64,000 nucleotides of DNA from Octopus vulgaris (Eukaryota), in the NCBI GenBank assembly GCA_951406725.2, contig OX597827.1, positions 59,892,001 through 59,956,000 on the forward strand, in the 5' to 3' direction. The position numbers and the translations under genes are program-made. Shown here in pieces: positions 57,734 to 64,000 of the stretch; position 1 is the first letter of the stretch; each line of letters starts with the position of its first letter. The notes beneath the pieces were generated by a model that was given only the letters and a program-made list of their open reading frames with translations, had not been told where the DNA came from and ran no database searches.

Positions 57734-58729
57734 TATATATTATATATATATAATATAATATAATTATATATATATAATATAATATAAATATATATGAGCA
57801 ACAGACACGAACACACATGTACGTACGTACACCTATTGCATGTTTTGTGCATGCATACATGTTCATAAACAGAAATGAATGGAAAAATGTTGTTAAATTT
57901 GTAGATTAACACTCGCACGATTTTCACTAAGAAGAATAATCGGTTTTTTTTTATGCATGGCATCAACTACTCTGGCCTCCTAATATGCTACAAAACCCTT
58001 TTTGTGGTCCGTGAAACGGAGTGGGTGTGGTGGAAGCCTCGGAAATTGTACCCATTTATATTGTGCAATTCACTGACAAATTGCTATTCACCTCTTTGTT
58101 TCTTTACTGTTAAATAAATGGATTGTCAACAAAACACTTTTTTACTCGGCGTAAAATAAAAACAAAACTCTTTCGCACCCGAAGTAATGTGTGAGAGAGA
58201 GGGGGAGAGAAAGATGAACGATTTAAAATAAATAAATGATTTAAAATAAATATATTGTAATTGTTGTGTGAGAAAGTATATATACTATGATTATAAAATA
58301 TAGTGGCTTTCAAAAACATCCTGAATTTGAACACTATACCTCGTGTTTAAGAAAAGACAAGACATTTTACATTTTGCATTTTATGAACGTCGTCACTTAC
58401 TCGCTCTCTCTCTCCCTCTCTTGCTTTGTCTTTCCAGTGAAACTCTCTGCCTCTCTTCTTCCACTTTTCTTTATCTTTTTTTTGTTAGACGCCGTCAAAA
58501 AGCTATGGCTGAAAATAGATCTTTACCGCTAAAAGTTATGGCTGAAAATAGATTTTTACCGCTATCCGCGGGTGCCTCGGGAAAAAAATAAGTTGAAAAA
58601 ACCCAGATAGGATGTTAACGAATGTCCTCCTAAAATTTAAGCGACATGTGTGCTAATTTGTGGATGTGCATAAACTACAATCACGTAGACACACACACAC
58701 ACACACATCTTGCCGTATATATATACAGA
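57552..58729 (-). mobile_element. Non-autonomous Helitron
   Basis: Minus strand starts A|TC(tgtatatatata) and ends with hairpin ccgggcaaggccggg then CTAG|T. Internal ~31-bp tandem repeat at 58499-58563. Confidence 0.75.
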
Positions 58730-59194
58730 TATATATAAATATATATGTATTCCCAACCACATGGTTCTGGGTTCAGTACTATTGTGTGACACCTTGGGCA
58801 AGTGTCTTCTGCTATAGACTCGGGCCGACCAAAGACTTGTGAGTATATCTGTTTGAAGTAAACAGTAAGAAGCCCGTCTTATATATGTGTATATATAATT
58901 ATAGTATATTCTGTTAAGAACATAGTAGAATACAGTATAAAGCTCGCTCGTCCACTTTCACCTTTAAACTGTGCTTTCCAGTAGTAGTATTATATGTATT
59001 TCCAAGTTTGCGTTTGGGCATCTGTCGTGTATGAATAGATAATTGAAAAAATTGGAGTCAACAAGAAGGGTACGGTTGGACATTTATTTTTTAATCACTA
59101 CAATAGTTTGCACGCAACGTAGTTCTCCAAATGTGCAGGTACTTGATTAAGAAACTATTTCCCTGCATTATAAGATCTAGTTGTGTTTCCTCCA

Positions 59195-60370
59195 AATTTC
59201 CCGAAAATTTTTGAAAAACTTTTTGAAAATATTTTGAAAATTTTCCACAAAAATTTTTCAAAAGTTTTCGGGAAAATTATCAAAAACTTTTTCAAAAATT
59301 TTTGAAAATTTTCTCACAAAATTTTAGAAAAATTTTCCCCAAAAATTTTTCAAAATTTTTTGAAAATTTTTTGAAGATTTTCCCCAAAATTTTCAAAAAT
59401 TTTTCAAAAATTCTTTGAAAATTTTCCTCAATAATATTTTTGGAAAATTTTCTGAAAATTTTCCCCAAAATTTTTTTTAATTTTTTGAAAATTTTCCCCC
59501 AAATTTTTTTTTAAGTTTTTGAAAATTTTCCACAAAATTTTAGAAAAATTTTTAAAAACATTCCCCAAAAATTTTTCAAAATTTTTTGAAAATTTTCCAA
59601 AAAAATTTTGAAAAGTTTTTCCCAAAAACTTTAGAAAAATTGTTTGAAAATTTTTTGAAAATTTTCCTAGAAAATTTAGAAAAATTTTTTTGAAAGTTTT
59701 CCCCAAAAATTTTTTGAAAAATTTTTGAAAATTTTCCCCAATACTTTCAAAAGATTTTTTGAAAATTTTTTTTAAATTTTCCCCAAAAGTTTTAGAAAAA
59801 TTTTTTTTTAAATTTCCCCTAAAAATATTTGAAAAATTTTTCGAAAAATTTCCCCCAAATTTTTTTTTAATTTTTTGAAAATTTTCCACAAAAATTTTTC
59901 AAACTTTTTGGAAAATTTTGCCCCGAAATTTTAGAAAAATTTTTTGAAAATTTTCCCCAAATATTTTTCAAAATTTTGTGAAAGTTTTCCCCAAAAGTTT
60001 TGAAACATTTTTTGAAAATTTTCCCAAAAAATATTTGAAAAGTTTTTCCCCAAAATTTTTTTTTAAATTTTCACCAAAATTTTTTGAAAATTTTTTGAAA
60101 ATTTTCCTCGAAAATGAAAAAAAATCTTTTGAAGTTTCCCCCAAAATTTTTTTTTAATTTATTGAAAATTTTCCCCCAAAATTTTAGAAAAATTTTTTTG
60201 AAACTTTTCCCAAAAAATTTTTGAAAAATTTTTTGAAAATTTTCCCAAAAAATTTTTCTAAAATTTTGGGTGAAAATTTTCAAAAAAAGTTCAAAAAATT
60301 TGTGAAAAATTTTGGAAAATTTTGGAAAAATTTTTCAACATTTTGTGGAAAATTTTCAAAACATTTTTGA
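59195..60370. repeat. AT-rich A-tract/T-tract minisatellite (aaaatttttg / aaaattttcccc)
   Basis: Degenerate, locally palindromic repeat. Its K/F/N ORFs are artefacts. Confidence 0.9.
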
Positions 60371-61257
60371 ATCGCTGTTATTTTCCATAATTAGAATCTA
60401 CCCCCACCCTTTTGACACAATTCAATGATGTAAGCGATCTCTTTGAGAATGTGATCTTTTGACCATATTGTGTGTGTCCTTTTAATTAGTGTTTTTATAA
60501 CTAAACACTTACAAACTTCCGTTACTGGTAGAATGTGTCACATAGAACAGGGTATACTCTTAACATTTTGGATAAAATTTTGTACTTTAGAAGTTATTTC
60601 GTCTGAAGTTACAGAGTGACAATGGACAAATTCGTGTTTGATAAGTGCCAGTACACGAAACTCTCAGTTTTTGACTTACTCTCAGACTTGTAAGTGTGTA
60701 TTGTGCCGGGAAGAGAATGCATTACCTGTTGATTAATTTTGTTAACAGCGACGTTTTTTGGAGCTAATATTGCTCTTTTACACAGCCAATTGTGATTTTG
60801 GTAGTTTCGTGTGAAGTTGGGAAAGACTTTGTTTTTGAGGTCATCTACAGAATTAACAACAGAGTAATCTATAGAAAAATCATGCTACTATCTGTGAACC
60901 CCATACTGGATTCAACGCTCAATTTTTGTATAAATTATGTAAATTACCTAGGCTATAAATGTCTTCTGTCATATATGCCACAACGATCCTATTCAGTACA
61001 TATTACATGCTCAACGTCTAATAGAAGTCTACCTGACGAAGTGGCAATGTTATGTAAACACGTAATTATATAATTTTATGTAATTTTGAATGTCGAGTTC
61101 TCTAACCTTAATGAGTTAGTAAGAATAAAATTTTGCTATTGAAGCTCGTGTAGTAGAGCCCAAATTATCCATTCGTTTCATCTCTATTACCTTCTCCACA
61201 CTCCTTCTCCCTCTATCACACTCTCTCTCACTATATATATATATATATATATATATA

Positions 61258-61624
61258 CTAGCAGTATCGCCCGGCGTTGCTCAGGTTTGTAAGGGAAATA
61301 ACTATAAAGCATTTTTAGAGAGTTATAGCCAAAAAATAGCAAAAAAATGGAAAAAAAATGATGGTAAATTTTTTTTGAGAGTTAAAAAAGGTGGAGTTGC
61401 GTCCCCTAGACGGTCTGTGGTTTGGGTTTCTGATTCTCGACCCCATGTCGAATTTATCGATTTTTTTCAGAACTGGGGGAACTTTTCAAAATTTTCGCTG
61501 CGTTAGTTTTGAATTATGACATTGGGCTATGTGTGTGTCAAGTTTCATCAGAATCGGTTGAAAGCCGTGGTCAGAGTGAGGGTTCGAGAAAACAGACACA
61601 CAGAAAACGCACAGACAAACTGCC

Positions 61625-61640
<16 letters not shown>
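61258..61640 (-). mobile_element. Non-autonomous Helitron
   Basis: Plus strand ctagcagtatcgcccggcgttgctc is the reversed hairpin and CTAG 3' end, related to 57552. The other end is ..tgccgtttatatata. Confidence 0.75.
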
Positions 61641-61688
<48 letters not shown>

Positions 61689-61759
61689 ATATATCTGTAT
61701 GTATGTATGTATGTATGCATGTATGTATGTATGTATAATTCTATTTTTATAATATAGCT

Positions 61760-62391
61760 GTTTGGCAAAATGCTTGCTTCGCAACCACATGGTTTCTGGT
61801 TCACTCCCACTGCGTGGCACCTTGGGCAATTGCCTTCTACTATAGCCTCGAGCCGACCAAAGACTTGTGCTTGGATTTGGTAGACGGAAACTCAAAGAAG
61901 CCCGTGGTATATATATATGTGTATGCATGTGTGTGTGTGTGTATGTATATATATATATATGTGTGTGTGTGTATGTGTGCGTGTGTGCGCGTGTGTGCGT
62001 GTGTGTGTGTTTGTTTGTTTCCTCCCCCTATCGCTTGACAACCGGTACTGGTGTCATTATGCCCCCGTAACATAGCGATTCGGCAAAAGAGACTGCTAGA
62101 ATATGTACTAAGCTTACAGAAAATAAGTCTTGGGGTCAATTTCATTGACTAAAAATCCCTTTCAGCTGGTGGTCCAGCGTGGCCGCAGTCATATATACAC
62201 ACATATATATACACACATATATATATATATACGACGAGCAGTCATATATACACACACATATACACACACATATATACACACACATATATACACACACATA
62301 TATATATATATACGACGGGCTTCTTTCAGTATTCTTTTATTCTTTTACCTGTTTCAGTCATATGACTGAAACAAGTAAAAGAATAAAAGAA

Positions 62392-62394
<3 letters not shown>
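61760..62394 (+). mobile_element. SINE family C with rearranged, fold-back 3' end
   Basis: Head, internal microsatellite and tail, plus a palindrome at 62329-62394. Confidence 0.8.
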
Positions 62395-62441
<47 letters not shown>

Positions 62442-62451
62442 TGTAGTTGAA

Positions 62452-62572
62452 ATTTAAAGAAAAACAAAAGACGAGGACTGGTGTATGAACAACAAGCAAG
62501 TGTATTAGTTTGACGGTAGGGAAAATGAAGAAGCCTTTTACGTTTCGAGCCTACGCTCTTCAACAGAAAGGA
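62452..62572 (-). mobile_element. Hammerhead pLTR-like element, family H1
   Basis: Minus 62534-62571 reads ccttt CTGTTGA a gagc gtag gctc GAAAC GTA aaagg, the same core as 3896-3933. Confidence 0.75.
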
Positions 62573-62614
62573 ATATATACATATATACATACATGCATAT
62601 ATACATATATATAT

Positions 62615-62659
<45 letters not shown>

Positions 62660-64000
62660 TGTATATGTATGTTTGTGTATGTATGTGCGTGTGTGTGTGT
62701 AGATATATAGATATATATAGACACGCATATATACACATATCATATATGCATGTATTTAATATGCAGAAGTGTATACAGTCACACTTATTTTTATGTGGAC
62801 GTAGATGCAATATACGTACATGCATGCGTTCATGCTCCAGCACATAACCCCCCGACTCACACACACACACACAGATTTATACATGTCATATATATCCCAT
62901 GTAGTGCCATGAATCAACAACACAAAAAAAAACGACACAGAAAAAAATTATCTAAAACAATACAGGCCTCCAAAAATGATTTTTATAAAATAACATTCGT
63001 TCTAATGAGATTATTTTGCTGAAGGGTTTCAGAAAATAGGTTCGTTAAGAGAATCAGTTGCTCTTCTGACGTCACAAGACAAGCCGCCGTCTTGGACATT
63101 GTGTAAAAATATAACATTCTAATGGTAATATCATATACAGCATTTATTTTGGCAGACTGGCGTTGCTGTTGATGTTGATGTTAGTGATGGCAGCGGCGAC
63201 GGCGGTGGTGGTGTTGGTGGTGGTGGTGAAGTTGTTGATGATGGCCGGGGTGTGGTAATGTTGGTGGAGGTGAGCTTGTTAACAACGATGCTGTTGGTGG
63301 TGGTGATGGTGGTGAGGTTGTTGTTGTCAGTGGCACTGGTAGTGGTGGTGGTGGTGGTAGTGATGGTGCAACTGCTGCTTATTATTATTATGATGATGAT
63401 AGTGTGGTAATGGTACTGGAGGTGGTAGTGATGGTTATTGTAGTAGTGTTAGTGATGGCTATGGTCGTGGTAATGGTGGTGGTAATGGTGGTGGTGGTGG
63501 TTGTAGTGGTGTTGGTGGTAGTGGTAGCGGTGGTGGTGGTGGTGGTGGTGCTGGTGGTGCTGGTGCTTGTGCCGGTGCTGGTGGTGGTGGTGATGATGGT
63601 GCCGCTGCTTGTGGTGATGGTGGTGGTGCCGGTGGTGCCGGTGGTGCCCGTGGTGCCCGTGGTGGTGTTGGTGGTGGTGGTGCTGCCGGTGCTGGTGGTG
63701 ATGGTGGTGATGTTTGTGGTGGTGGTGGTGCTGCTGCTGATCTTGGTGGTAGTGGTGATCTTGATGCCACCACAGTAGTTCTTGTCATTTTTTGCTGCCG
63801 TGGTGGTCACCAACACCGTCGTTGCTGTGATCGTTACTGTTTAACTCTCGGTCGACCCAATATTTGAACCGACCCATGATCAATGACTTTCCAACCACGA
63901 CTATCTAGATTAGTTTCTTTCTCATGTAATATGGTAGGTTATGCCATTAGAGAGACTTGGCCTCTATTTATGGTACGTTAACAAACTTAGTAGTAGTAGT

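Noticed and set aside
59195-60370. CRISPR-like array or K/F-rich protein
   Set aside because: No unique spacers, eukaryotic context, low-complexity satellite.
60638-61065. Hammerhead-like TTGATAA gtg..cac GAAAC tctca GTT (60638) and CTGACGA..cac GTAA (61033)
   Set aside because: The first lacks stem I pairing and the second lacks GAAA. They may be decayed members but were not counted.

Overview
AT-rich, extremely microsatellite-dense eukaryotic intergenic or intronic DNA. The repeat content resembles a coleoid cephalopod such as Octopus (inference). No intact host gene is visible, and nearly all listed ORFs are translations of simple repeats. Recognisable content: several tRNA-derived SINE families; decayed mariner (DD34D) and maT (DD37D) DNA transposons; MITEs; non-autonomous Helitrons; fragments of R4/Dong, Tx1/L1 and CR1-like LINEs. 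The main unexplained signal is a dense, sequence-diverse set of about 15 short non-coding elements (100-900 bp) anchored in (TA)n tracts. Most carry a type I hammerhead-ribozyme motif (stem I - CUGANGA - stem II - GAAA - short or palindromic stem III - NUH - stem I'). The core 3-8 pair covaries across loci (C-G, U-A, G-C). The elements occur as terminally redundant 350-520 nt units or as fold-back inverted repeats. This architecture fits non-autonomous Penelope-like elements or retrozymes spreading through self-cleaving, possibly circular, RNAs. All ribozyme calls come from manual motif and pairing inspection; none is computed or tested.
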